Source: a virus
Strand: one strand, 5' to 3'
Length of the DNA: 64,000 nucleotides
IMG/VR virus record: IMGVR_UViG_3300033183_000299
Coordinates: 107,508 to 171,507 of that record
How positions within the stretch are numbered: position 1 is the first letter of the stretch; every line of letters begins with the position of its first letter. Below are positions 36,445-48,400 of the stretch, piece by piece. Under the pieces are notes generated by a model that saw only the letters and a list, made by a program, of their open reading frames with translations, was not told the origin of the DNA and ran no database searches. The translations under genes and the position numbers were made by a program.

Positions 36445-37281
36445 TTAGTAAATCTCCGTTAGTGGGTCGTTTGGAATATTTGGATCCTCAATGGTTACCA
36501 CTGGCTCTCCTTCTCTGCGTGGACCACCGGGAGTCATTTCCCTGTTTCCAAGTAAGTCTTGCTCTATTATTGGCCCTTCATATGTTGCATAAACATCATC
36601 AGATAAGCCAACCGAGAGACCTACATCTGAAGCTTGAACTATTTTAAAATTTTCTTCCGCCACATACCTAAGGTCCTTGTGGGGGTCGTCAGAGTGTTCC
36701 GAACCCTCCATGTAAGTGCCGTTTTGCACATGGACTGGTCCACCATATTCCTCATTTGTATCTGGATAATAAAAATACCCAGACTCCGTATTCAACTGTC
36801 CTCCGACAAATATCTTTTCTGCAGACATAGGTCCATAGAATTTGTTAAAGACATCTGATGAAAAGTTTAAATCATCAATAAAACAGGCAACATAAACATT
36901 TAAATTTCCTGGAGGTTGCAAAGTATTTAGATTAAAGACTGTTGTATATGACTTGTATTCTCCCTCAGATTTGTACATATTGAATGTATCGCAAGATTTA
37001 GCAGTAGCTCGATGTATTGCCCCCATCGGTATATCGTAAAGACTGATTAATCCATTGTCCAGCTGTGTGGCTCTATCATCCGATATAAATGCGCATTTAA
37101 CTTTTAGACCAGGTATTACATTTCTCCACGAATGCATGTCTTTGTGTTCGTACATCTTTACCAATACTTTAATTTGATATTGGATTTTCAAAGGTGTTCG
37201 AGATATAACTTTCGGATCTACCGTTATTCTCTCAATATAGACATTTGGGAGATTCTCCATTCCTACAAGTTCTTTAGTCAT
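36445..37281 (-). CDS. Hypothetical structural protein
   Basis: ATG 37281 (TAATG coupling). Confidence 0.6.
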   Translation of the reverse strand: MTKELVGMENLPNVYIERITVDPKVISRTPLKIQYQIKVLVKMYEHKDMHSWRNVIPGLKVKCAFISDDRATQLDNGLISLYDIPMGAIHRATAKSCDTFNMYKSEGEYKSYTTVFNLNTLQPPGNLNVYVACFIDDLNFSSDVFNKFYGPMSAEKIFVGGQLNTESGYFYYPDTNEEYGGPVHVQNGTYMEGSEHSDDPHKDLRYVAEENFKIVQASDVGLSVGLSDDVYATYEGPIIEQDLLGNREMTPGGPRREGEPVVTIEDPNIPNDPLTEIY

Positions 37282-38234
37282 TAGTCGCAATCCTCTAAGT
37301 CTTCTGGTCCTACCCTTGTAGCATAAATATCAAACCTATCAGTTCTTACATCTGGACATATCAATTCTTCATCCAAAAACTGACTGTTTATTTCTAGTTT
37401 CTCGACAGCTTCACACAAGACTTCTGGTTCTATTTCATTATCCACTTCAATTGAAAAGTAGTATTCAACAAAATCAGGTCGCTCTCTTTCTTCTTCGAAT
37501 AAGTCACCAACAGTTGGTTGAGCGTTTATATAATCTTCTTCATCCATCAATAACCCGTTCACGATAGCAGAAAACTTCTTGGAGAACTTCAAGGGCTTCA
37601 TTTGTCCACTATCAGTCATCTCGAACACTTCTAATTCAAAATTTTCTTTTTCATAGAATGAGTTGAACTCTTTCATATGGACGATGGGATCGGTCTTATT
37701 GATTTGTACAAACGTTCCATCCTCAAATGTCTCTGTTCTTATGTCTTCGGGATCACTTAAGAATGTTGTAAGTTCATTTTTCAAAGATGCTATGAAATTG
37801 AAATCAATATCAACTTGTGGTATATTGACTTGATCATCAAACATTTGCGATCCACTTATTTCTCCTTGAAGCATGGTTGCTTGAAAAGATGGGGTTCTAT
37901 CGCTTGAATACGATGACTTACCTAAGACATAAATGTCTGACTGACGAAGATCATTTTTCTTCGTCATAATTCTTTTCTTATCCATTACCGGTGGAGACTC
38001 TACTTGTGGAGCTTCATCTTGGAAAGCACGATTGATTTTTAATTTTGGAGTTTCGGAAATGATTCTGGTGTGGGAATCTTCTTGCGCTTCATCCGTGTTT
38101 GGCAAGCGGTATATAATATCATCGTCAACAAACTCGTATGAGTGTGGTTTAAATTTACCAATAGAATAAAGGTAGCGACCGTAAGGAGTCATTTCGATTT
38201 GCATTACTTCTGTTTTTTTGTTAAAGAAAGTCAT
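37281..38234 (-). CDS. Tail/baseplate-associated structural protein
   Basis: MTPYGRYLYSIG...FVDDDIIY N-terminus resembles that of 30886..31821. Confidence 0.6.
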   Translation of the reverse strand: MTFFNKKTEVMQIEMTPYGRYLYSIGKFKPHSYEFVDDDIIYRLPNTDEAQEDSHTRIISETPKLKINRAFQDEAPQVESPPVMDKKRIMTKKNDLRQSDIYVLGKSSYSSDRTPSFQATMLQGEISGSQMFDDQVNIPQVDIDFNFIASLKNELTTFLSDPEDIRTETFEDGTFVQINKTDPIVHMKEFNSFYEKENFELEVFEMTDSGQMKPLKFSKKFSAIVNGLLMDEEDYINAQPTVGDLFEEERERPDFVEYYFSIEVDNEIEPEVLCEAVEKLEINSQFLDEELICPDVRTDRFDIYATRVGPEDLEDCD

Positions 38235-41200
38235 AATAGCTGAACTCCTCCAGTTAAGTCCGCAGCGTCTGAATTATCAAAAGATTGAATATAAGGAAAT
38301 AGTGAATCATAATCCGGATTTGAGAAGTATCCTAGTGAGTCAAAGTATCTTATAGTTCTTCTGTTAGCTCTACGCTTTATTCTTTTTTGGCGACCACTGC
38401 TTAAGTCCTTAAGTTTTTTCCCATTAGGCAACTGATCTTGCACCCTATTTCTCCAATAATCTCTTGCTCTCTTTCTAACCTCTTCTTCACTGTCTGGTTC
38501 ATTTATTTGAGCCGCGATTGTTGAGGCCATACCTAGACCAGAGGGGGCATTAGTTGATTGATTTAAGGTTAAGGTTGGTTCATCAATATCTTGTCCTGCG
38601 AATACGGAGGTAGACACCTCTATTCCTTCTCGGACATTTCTTGTTGTGGTATCTTCCGGAACTTGAACCTCAGGGATCGGTTCGTCTTCAAGTCCACCAA
38701 CAATATGCTCGATCTTATCTCTATCTGCTGAGACCCCAGCCCAAGATGGGAGATTGTCCGTGTAGTTATTAATAGCATCGTCATCAAAATTACCCATCTC
38801 AACCTCGGCATCAATCTTTACAAGTTCAACGAGTGAAAAGAAGTCGTAGGGCCAGTTATATTGAATAGCGCTAGTCTCTCCAAATTCGTCTTTGGTGACG
38901 TTTGAACTTGCTACCGCGGTATTGACCTCGGGGTTTCTTAAAACGGTCTTCTTGAAGTAATTAGAGGCCGCTCTTTGCTTAACCTTGAATACCATCCACT
39001 TCAATTTTTCAGGCATATCAATTCTTTGATTTCCTTCCTCTCCGCCTTGACCAAGAAGTTCTTTCTGAAGAAGAGGGTGAGTAATCGCAACTTCTGAGAC
39101 TTCCATTTCTGTTCCGATGTCCGGTGGTAAGTTTTGCCAAATGTCCGAAAGGTCTTGTTGACTCAACGTGTGCGAGAACTCGAAAACATACATCGCAACT
39201 CTTTTAGCATTTTCAAAATTCAAGAAGTCAAATGATGGAGGGAAAATAAATTTGCTCATTTTATCCATTTGAAGCAAAACTGAGCGTCCAATCTGCGATT
39301 GTGCTGGTCCTGTTACTAGAGCTTCGCGATCTCCGTCTTTATAAGATTGTAGTTGAGCATCGGTGAGTGGAAGCCTAAAGAACTTCTGTCTTCCTTCGGT
39401 CTCAATGAATGGAACCGCGACAACTGCTTCTGATATTATTTTGCTTTCAGCAATTCTCCCAATCTTTGTTGGTGCACCATTAAAGCCCAATACTTCAGAT
39501 AGATCTTCCAACTCAACTGTTTCACCTCTTGCTTGAGTCCAATAGTTTCTTTCGATTGGTCCAACTTCCAAGAATACTCCTTCGTTTTCTTCAGGAATTC
39601 TTCCGTGTTGATGCCACATTCCTCGAGGAACAGATCCGGATCCATAAGCAGGAAGAGTTAGGTGATCGCTTCCCGAGACATGCGAGAAGTTCAACATTGG
39701 AGTTTCAAATTTTGTTTGAATAATCCAACGATTATCTTCATCAAGTCCGCTGTCAACAACGAGACGTTGGTCTTGAGATCTTCGAATTGCATCTTTTGCT
39801 CGGCCGATTCCTTTAATGTTTAAAGAAGCAGATAGTTGAACGGCATTTTTATTGATACGATCTTCAAATAAAGACTGAGCACCCGGAGCCAATACAGCAT
39901 CTGATATCGTGTAATCAATGGAGCCACTTTGAACTCTATAGAAGGAACTATCGAATCTCGTATAATTATATATAGCAGATTCTTGAATCTCCTCGATAGT
40001 CATTTTGTTTGAAGATGCAGTTAAAATAATGTCGCACCAAGCCTCACCATGGTAATAGGGCGGCGTGAATGGAAAATTAAACCCATTATTTGAATCCTTA
40101 TAGATCCATGCCGATGTTGAATCTGCCCCTGTTGTCTCATGCTCTAGATCAAACGAGAAAACTGTTGATGAGATTCCTTCTTGATTTATATCCCCCCAAC
40201 CTTGAACTCCTATGGTTGGCGGTCCAAATGCTGACGGTCTAGAGTACATCGTAAAGCTTTCTCTATTGTCTCCAACATCTTGTGGCGGATAATAGGGCAA
40301 ACTACTCGACCCAGAATGATAAACAGAGCCTCTGGTTTCTCGCATGCTTCTTTTCATTTTAATTCGCATACCGTATATGCTACCAGATTTTAAAGTTATG
40401 TCCGCTTGTCTTTTTGATGTTACAGATGTAAATTCTCCATTCGGCAAGAAGAACTCCGGTACTTCTGCTAAAAAGTTATTAGTCATTAAGCCATAAAGTT
40501 CGTCTCCGTTACCATCCCAGTTTGCAGAAGCACTTAGATTCCCGCTTGGGTGAGGCTCGTTTGATGTTAAGTTGTATCCAGCCAAATATCTATGAGGCTC
40601 AACTAATGATTCAAATGGGATTCGTTTATCAAAATAATTATTATAAATAAAATATTGCCCGCCATCGCCAAGTGGTTGAGAATCCAAAATAGAAGTTATA
40701 ATCGGATAATCAACGGCAACTCCGGATTTAATTGTGTTAAATAGAACCCCCGGAGCAAACAAAGGGGACATCACCGTTTGTCTTCCGTAGTTGAAGTTGT
40801 TTAATTCAACATTGTTTCCGTCATAAAGCTTAATATTATCTTTAAACGAATCGTAAAATCTTTTAGCTAGATCAACCGTTCTTTGTGCCGGATAGAATCC
40901 TTCGTAAGGCAAGAACTTCTTAACAGCTTTGCATCGAAGAGACAAAACCTTTCCATTTGTAAAATCCTTGTGGTCTTCATCTAAAACCTCGAAACTTTTC
41001 ATGAAATCAGAGTTTGAGTAGATGGTATAAAAGTTTTCTTTTGAAGAGTTTTCGGAACCAAAAATTCCACCGGTTACCTCGAACATATCTAACTCAATTC
41101 CGCCATCCGTTCTTTTGTAATCTTCGAGCTGCTCGCTCATTCTGAATTCAGGAACAATAGCATAGTTTTTGCCATGTTTTTTCGCCTCTTCGATGTAATG

Positions 41201-42475
41201 CTCGTATGTATCATAGAATGGAGTTTTCGGAGCATGAACATAATTTCCGCTTTCATCTTTTGCATAGCGATTTGCTCCGGCTTCCCAAAGAGCCCCTCCT
41301 TGAAATAGTGACTCGGTGCTTGATGTTCCATAGATCTCCATTCCAAATGGATTGGAAACAGAGGTGGAACTTGAAAGAGAAATCCTTCTAGAGTAAAGCG
41401 GCCCAGGAGACATAGACCATTCCATTTGAGCCCTATTGCTGATGGATGTGCCGGCATTCTCCATCCTGTCGGAAAATTGACTCGTTGTTTGCATTAATGC
41501 GCCTTCTCCGTATCTTAAAATATTTGACGAACTAAAGAGTGGAACAGATTCATTAGGGTGATACCATTTAACACTAACTGCTTCGGCAGTATTAGATGTA
41601 TCAGCATAGTATGCTCTTGTTAAGAAATTCTGATGTTCATCAAGAGGCCAGCTACTTTGAGAAAGAAGGTCAAACTCTTCATTGGTGTTATCGTATGGAC
41701 TGAATCCAAATGAACTTGTCGCTAAAAGCTTTGTTCTGTCCTCTCGATTATGCCTAAAGAATGATTCAAATTGTGGACGACCTCTTGTTTCTCCCCTGAA
41801 TTGATTTGATGGGATTGGAAAAACTGTTTCTCTGTATTGCAAGAATTCCCAATAAGTTAAAGGCGAGTCTTGTTTATTCAAGCCGTTCTCAAGATACATT
41901 GATGAAATCGCACCATATTCTGTTTCGTCATCATCAATTCTGAATTGCAATAGTTTGTTGACTTCTTCGTTTGCGAATCCAAGAAGTTGGTTTCCATAAG
42001 AAGATATGATTGAAAACTTTTGAGGTTCGGGTGCTAAGTTACCGTCCTCGTCTTTAAAGTGCCTCCCAACATTCCAAACTAAAGGATAAGTCTTTTGAGT
42101 GATGGCAGGCTCTTTATAGCTGTAAATGGAAGAATATCTGCTTCTGACTCTCAATTCTCCATTCTGTCCGAGATTTAAGATTGGGCCCGGCTGAGTCACG
42201 AATGTAAGCGTGCTGTTTTTGTTGTGATATCTCGTAAGAGGATTTTCCGACACTCGGAGTTGCTTCCATGATGAATATCCATAAGGTCCATTAGAATGAG
42301 TGTTTAAAGCGGCCAAAAACTCTCTAGCCACAAGAGGTCTAAAATTCGGGTCGGTGTTGGCGCTAGGTAATAGCGCTATCTCTCTGTTTTCTCCATAGGT
42401 TATAGTACTGCTTGTTAAGTCTAAAGAGCTTGAAACAATTGTGTTTAAGCCTACTGAGTCTACAAAAATTGACAT
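38231..42475 (-). CDS. Large structural (baseplate/tail) protein
   Basis: 1414 aa, YNWPYDFFSLVE near the C-terminus, followed by a low-complexity/basic tail. Confidence 0.65.
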   Translation of the reverse strand: MSIFVDSVGLNTIVSSSLDLTSSTITYGENREIALLPSANTDPNFRPLVAREFLAALNTHSNGPYGYSSWKQLRVSENPLTRYHNKNSTLTFVTQPGPILNLGQNGELRVRSRYSSIYSYKEPAITQKTYPLVWNVGRHFKDEDGNLAPEPQKFSIISSYGNQLLGFANEEVNKLLQFRIDDDETEYGAISSMYLENGLNKQDSPLTYWEFLQYRETVFPIPSNQFRGETRGRPQFESFFRHNREDRTKLLATSSFGFSPYDNTNEEFDLLSQSSWPLDEHQNFLTRAYYADTSNTAEAVSVKWYHPNESVPLFSSSNILRYGEGALMQTTSQFSDRMENAGTSISNRAQMEWSMSPGPLYSRRISLSSSTSVSNPFGMEIYGTSSTESLFQGGALWEAGANRYAKDESGNYVHAPKTPFYDTYEHYIEEAKKHGKNYAIVPEFRMSEQLEDYKRTDGGIELDMFEVTGGIFGSENSSKENFYTIYSNSDFMKSFEVLDEDHKDFTNGKVLSLRCKAVKKFLPYEGFYPAQRTVDLAKRFYDSFKDNIKLYDGNNVELNNFNYGRQTVMSPLFAPGVLFNTIKSGVAVDYPIITSILDSQPLGDGGQYFIYNNYFDKRIPFESLVEPHRYLAGYNLTSNEPHPSGNLSASANWDGNGDELYGLMTNNFLAEVPEFFLPNGEFTSVTSKRQADITLKSGSIYGMRIKMKRSMRETRGSVYHSGSSSLPYYPPQDVGDNRESFTMYSRPSAFGPPTIGVQGWGDINQEGISSTVFSFDLEHETTGADSTSAWIYKDSNNGFNFPFTPPYYHGEAWCDIILTASSNKMTIEEIQESAIYNYTRFDSSFYRVQSGSIDYTISDAVLAPGAQSLFEDRINKNAVQLSASLNIKGIGRAKDAIRRSQDQRLVVDSGLDEDNRWIIQTKFETPMLNFSHVSGSDHLTLPAYGSGSVPRGMWHQHGRIPEENEGVFLEVGPIERNYWTQARGETVELEDLSEVLGFNGAPTKIGRIAESKIISEAVVAVPFIETEGRQKFFRLPLTDAQLQSYKDGDREALVTGPAQSQIGRSVLLQMDKMSKFIFPPSFDFLNFENAKRVAMYVFEFSHTLSQQDLSDIWQNLPPDIGTEMEVSEVAITHPLLQKELLGQGGEEGNQRIDMPEKLKWMVFKVKQRAASNYFKKTVLRNPEVNTAVASSNVTKDEFGETSAIQYNWPYDFFSLVELVKIDAEVEMGNFDDDAINNYTDNLPSWAGVSADRDKIEHIVGGLEDEPIPEVQVPEDTTTRNVREGIEVSTSVFAGQDIDEPTLTLNQSTNAPSGLGMASTIAAQINEPDSEEEVRKRARDYWRNRVQDQLPNGKKLKDLSSGRQKRIKRRANRRTIRYFDSLGYFSNPDYDSLFPYIQSFDNSDAADLTGGVQLL

Positions 42476-42489
42476 TAAGAACCTCTATA

Positions 42490-45400
42490 TTACGGTGGTG
42501 GGACATAGACGTCCGCTGTTATACTTGATGCGCTTGGAAAGACAATTGCATCAACAAATCCAACCGAAGAAGATACGATCCCATCTCTTGGGGCATACCC
42601 AAGAATGTTTTGCTCTGGAGCGTCCGAACCTGATATTGCAGAGTTGATCCATGAGTATTGCAATTCACTTCTTGGGATTGTGGTATTGATAAATGCATTG
42701 TCATAAGCACTACCAGTAATTAGTTCTATTCCTGATAATCCTACATCAGGTGAGCCGTTCCATTCCATTCTATGACTTGTATTGCGATGTTGCTTGTTAA
42801 AGGAGCCGCTTGATGGATAATTATTTGAAGTGATCTCGCCATAATCAGAGTCGATTCCAAACTTGCCCATATGAAGGCCTCTAAGGGTCTTTAAACCCCT
42901 TCTAAGTCCAAGGTGGTCTTCTACCCTTATTGTTCCTTCTTCGCCGCTTCCAGACCCCAATACGGAGCTGTTACGCCACGGCAAAGCATTGTGAACAGAG
43001 TATGTTTGAGAATATGCGTCAAGATAGCTTGTTGTTTGAACCTCAATACCGCCGGGTGCCGAGAACCTTGTGTTGATATTTCTTTGAGAAACATATTGTG
43101 AGCTGGTCGATGGTGTCTCGATGACATTATTTAAATCGGGATTTAATATTATTGGATCTTTCTTTCGAGTCTCAGTATCTGTACCGGCAGAGAAAACTAG
43201 GGAGGATTTAGCACTTAGGTGATTAGAGGCTGAACCGTACTCTGAGTTAAATTGTAAACCATCTGGAGTGACGTTATCTCCAATAGAAAATCCAGTTTTA
43301 TCATTCCCCAACTTCCAATAATCGATTAAGCTCGTTGTATAGCCAGGAGCATTGTCAAACGCGACGCCACCATTATATAATATTCCTACTTGTGATGAAT
43401 TTAAGGCGACTGACCATATACCAAAGTTCATCAAAGACCCTTGCAGTTCATATGCGTTGCTATTTTGTTTACTATCGAACAAATACAGTTCTGCGAGAGT
43501 AGAAACAGAAGTTCCGCTAGCTGTCCCTGCTGCATATGACATGAGGCTACCACTGCCCCCATTGATATGGATTTTAGGCTGCTTCGTGAAATCTATCGGC
43601 CATATAATTGTAAAGTTAGTCCAGGTGTTCACGTAATCAGATAAAGTTAAAATATAACTCCAATACTTAATAGCACTTCCGGAACCTGCTTGAAAATATA
43701 TATCTCCTCCGGTGAAATATATTTTATATGTGGTATTGTTACTGGAATCTACTGAGTCGAGTACGTATCTCGTAGTAGTAGAATCATTGTCTAAGTTTAC
43801 CCAGAAATTAAAGGATACCTCTCCTGTTGTATTATATCCGGAAGCAGAAGAATCACTAGCATACATGTATGCCTCAGATGATTCAGTGGCTCTAAGTGCA
43901 AGAGATTGAATTTCGCTTTCTGAGGAATCAAATTGTCTATTATTGTTAAATTGTCCAAAAACATTTCCAATATCTAGAGCAGCTCTACTAATCAAGGTTT
44001 GATAATGTGTAGAGTCAGGTAAAGCATCGGCTACATACGGAGGTAGGATATCAATAGTTTCATCGCTATAGGCTTCAATTGCCCATGTTTTTTGATGCTC
44101 TGGGGCGACAGAAAATATCTCAATCTCTGATTTGTAGTTCCCAACCTTCTGAGTGTCCGAGTCTGTCTTGATATTTTTTACATTGATAGGTCTTTTTGCA
44201 TACTCTTCACGATACCTTGTTGCCTTTGCATAATAAGGATAGGGGTAGGGAGTACCATAATCGGCACCAACGAAACCAAAGGCTCCATCTTCATCATCAA
44301 TTCTAGGGTGAGTTTTAAATAGGAGACCCCAACCTTCTGGTCTCAAGCCTCGATGGTCTAAGTTTCTTTCTACCGGTATTAGCGTCCTTGCTACACCACC
44401 AGAGAACCCAGAAGCTGTTATGAAGTTGTTAGAGTCTGTTATTATTGTGTTGTTATAGAAAGAACCTGATGAGCTCTGCGTAAGTTCAAGGATTGATTCG
44501 CTTTGCTTGTTAGCATAGACATCTAACTTATGATTAAGCAAATAAGATAACTCATCAATCGATGACCATTGATTATCAACAAAGTCAAAATATGGAGCAT
44601 AGTAAGCCGTAATCCTTGTACCATCAGCATCTCTAACTCTGACCCAAGAGCCCGTGCCTTCGTTGTACTTCTCTTCTAATACAGATACATCAAACTCCAA
44701 AAGCCCTGTAGGTAGCTGACTTATTGCTTCTACATTTACTGTGAAGGATTTGCTTTCATCGAACTTATTGATGTCTACATGTCTATATTGTAGACCTCCG
44801 ATATGAGCGTTAGTAAATGGACCTTGCATAGAGATGTCGTTTGTTAGGCCAACTGAATCATGGTGAAGGTTTGAGAAGATAACATCAGATTGAAACATCT
44901 CTTTGATCTTCTTGTTATATCCTGTATGTACAGTGCCGGACATTAAATTCATTGGGAGGACAAAGTTTGACTTTAGGTTCTCCGCATATTCACTTCCCAT
45001 GAACTTTTGAACATTTGCGATTGCTTCAAACTTCTTCTTTCTTGGCGGATTGTCTTCATTTCTAGTTTCTGAGATGATTCCGACACCGTCTTCCAAGCCA
45101 ACCGTGATGATGTTCATCGGCTCTCCAAACGGCTGATTTTCTGCACCTGCTGGTGAAACAGCTTCGTGGAATAAGTGGAGATTCTTGTTCCTGGAGAAGT
45201 TGACTCCTCCATGAATTGTTTGTTGCGTTTGCATACCCAATTCGTGAGTTTTGGAAAATCTTCTAACAGAGTAAGCGTCACTAATGTAGGTTGAACCACC
45301 GATATCAACTCTAGATAGTCCCGAAGACTGCAAAGAGTGATTGTTCCGGCTTTGTCTCAAGATTTCTCTCAAGCCATCCTTCTCCTTTCTTTCTCTTTGC

Positions 45401-48400
45401 CACAAAACATTGTTCTGTTCTTCCTCTGGATTTTCAGGTGCATGACCGTGCTTCCAGTCATATCTCATCTCCGAAATGCCCTTAATGGACCCCTCTGTTG
45501 ATTCAAAGGTTGTTAAGATTGGTAGCTGGTGTACATATTTGCTTCTCTCGAGAACGTGAGATTCAACTATGTTATTGATTTTGCTTGAGAACCTAGCAGA
45601 AGCTGGTACTAATTGCTGCAAGGCTATCGAGATGGAATCATCAATCCATTTATAGAATGATGTAAACTTCTCAAGATCAGGTTCATTCTCGACATCATCA
45701 AAAAACCTATCTCTTAAAAAATCAGCCATATTGTATCTGTGGTGATACTTTTGGTTTGGTTGGCCGATTAGGTTATTCATATCCAAAGCTGTTGCGAACA
45801 TGTTTAACATTTCATCCGATACAGCGCCCCACATTGATTTCTCAAAAGAGTAGAAGTTATCGGAAACATCGTCATCAACAAAAAATTGCTCAGTTTCTTC
45901 AGTCTTTATGATGGTTAAATCTGAGGACATCAAGTCATCAGGTCTTCTCTTTCTAGCCACGTGAAGAAAGTCTTTATCTAAGGCTTTGGAGTCGCTTGCA
46001 TTAAATCCAATACCTTTAGCTTCATTCGTCTGTCCTATTGTACTTGCTAAAGATCCGTAGGAAGTTGGAGCTACCGATCCAGACGATAAATCGGGAATAA
46101 TCATTTCTCCAGAAGAATCAGAGCCAGTTAAGGAGCTAAATCCCCAGTGTAGGGCGAGCGTCTTTTCTCTTGGTATCTCGACTGGATATGTGTCCACTAG
46201 GTCGCTTTGGAATGGCTTATCGGCTCCAAATGTCTCAGGATCAAACGCATGCTGCTTAATGGCTTCATTTGATAAGTAACTGTGCCAATAGCGAATTGAG
46301 CCCAAGCGTACATCTGTGTTGTTGAGGATTGATCCTGAATAGTTTGTTCTTTCGGCACCACCGAAGAATATCTTGTCGGACCTAAAGTAATCTGATGTTA
46401 TGGAGGTTGATGTAATGAATGAGTTTCTCTCGGTATTACCGTCAGCCTCTACTCCGTAAAATTCTAAAACATAGTCATCTGCGACATTTCCGGTAACATT
46501 AGCATACGGATAATTCGCATGTCTCATTCGAACTGCGAGGTTCCACTTATTATTATCGTATTGATAAGATATGTTTGATGAAGTGAGCTCGCCGAAGGCA
46601 CCAGTCAACATAAACTTGATTGTTTGCGTATCTTCGGTTATGTTTCTTTCATAATCATCTTTGATGACTTGAATTTGCATACCAAAGTCAGTTGTCGGAT
46701 AGTCAAAGGCAGAGCCTGTGGAGTGGAATCCTCCAACTGAAGATATTAGATAAGGGAACTCGAGATATCCAACATCTCCCCTTTTAGGTTTTCTTGGGAG
46801 AACCAATTCTGATTCGAAAGTAAATGAGCCAAGATAGTCTTTGTCGCCTGGGATATAGTAATCTCCATTTGATGATGACTGGTAAATTGTAGCTCCAAAG
46901 TGACCTTCCCTATTGAAGTTCAAAAAATTCTTTTCCAAAGATTTGAATTCGTAATTGTCTCTCAAGACAAATGTAGAATCATCAGCATAAAGATTTAACT
47001 TTACAAGGTCTTGTCCGATACCAACGGATCTGAAGAAGTTGCGGAACGACTTCTCAGTACCCTTTGACTTATATATTGTCTCAAGGTTGTTATAAATGTT
47101 ATGGTAGATTGTATTGCGTACTTCGCTAACTTGTTTTTCATAAACTTCGTTGTCGTCTTTGGCTAGCAAGTTTTCGGTTATCGTAGCATCAACGAACAAA
47201 TCAGGTATCACAAATCCTCGATCATACAGGAGCTTCTTGGAGAATGGGAGCGCCTTTCTTGAGTCATCAATGTAGTGACTATCATGAATTTTATCAACAA
47301 AGTTGATCTGATGCCATAGTGTATCAAAGTAAGATCCAAGAACTTGAGATAGGTACTTTAATTGCTGACCTTGTTGTTCGTCCTCTTCTTGCATCCAGCC
47401 TGGGAAGTAACTAATAAATTGAGATGTGCTACTAAGGTCAGCCAAAGACCCAGTTTGCTTATATTCTGCTTTGGTGGAGATTACATCTGGGTGGGATGAA
47501 TATATGATTGGATCTAAAAATTCTGGTTCTCCAAGTGCTTCCGTGATAGCAGAACCAGTGCTTCTAAAGGCCGTATTATAGCCTGTGACGCGTCCATTTG
47601 TTATGCGGCCGGAATAGTCCAAGATGATTGAATCAAGAGCAGCATTCCCTGTTATACCCTCGTTAAACTTATAATATAGTCCGAGGTCAAGATTCGCGTC
47701 GTGCTTATTTGTACCTCCACCGACTTGAGTAAACCAAGAGTTAAAAATTTGCTCCGGAGATCTTTCGGTCTTCCAAAAACGAAACTCATCTATGGAGCCT
47801 ACAAATGGAAAATCGTGCTTAGAAGCGAAAAAGGACGGAGCCATTTGACCACCGATGGTTGCATTTAAACCAAATCCGTTATCAGAGATTTCTTCTACGT
47901 ATTCTGGGATTTCTCTTTGCTCTACCAATTGCGCGTTCTTATAGCATTTTAAGGTTGATCCATTTGCTTGAGAGCTTCTTATGCTTAAGGCATAGTGGTT
48001 CCAACCATCTCCAACGCTAGTTCCTACCGCTCCAGTAAACTCTATGTAGTCCCCTGTTGCACCTGCGAAATCCAATGATATTTCTTGAGCATCATTGAGG
48101 TATAAATAAATAATTCCGTAAGACGCGGTTGGGATCACGTCTCTTTGTCTATTGCTGACTTCAAATAAGACCTCTTGCTCTGTTGCTGGTACAGGGTCAT
48201 CCTTCTTCATCCAAAATTCAATAGTGAATCCTTCTTCTGAGTCAAAGCTGAAAGCAGACTCTCTTACATTCTCTTCATAAACCATCGAGTCATCAAAGGT
48301 TGAATCCAAAGGTTTTCCATCCATCCCTAGCGAGGCTGTGTGTGGACCTCCGTCGATGTCTATAAATGTTGTTCCATCGAAATTTACATAGCCATTAGTT

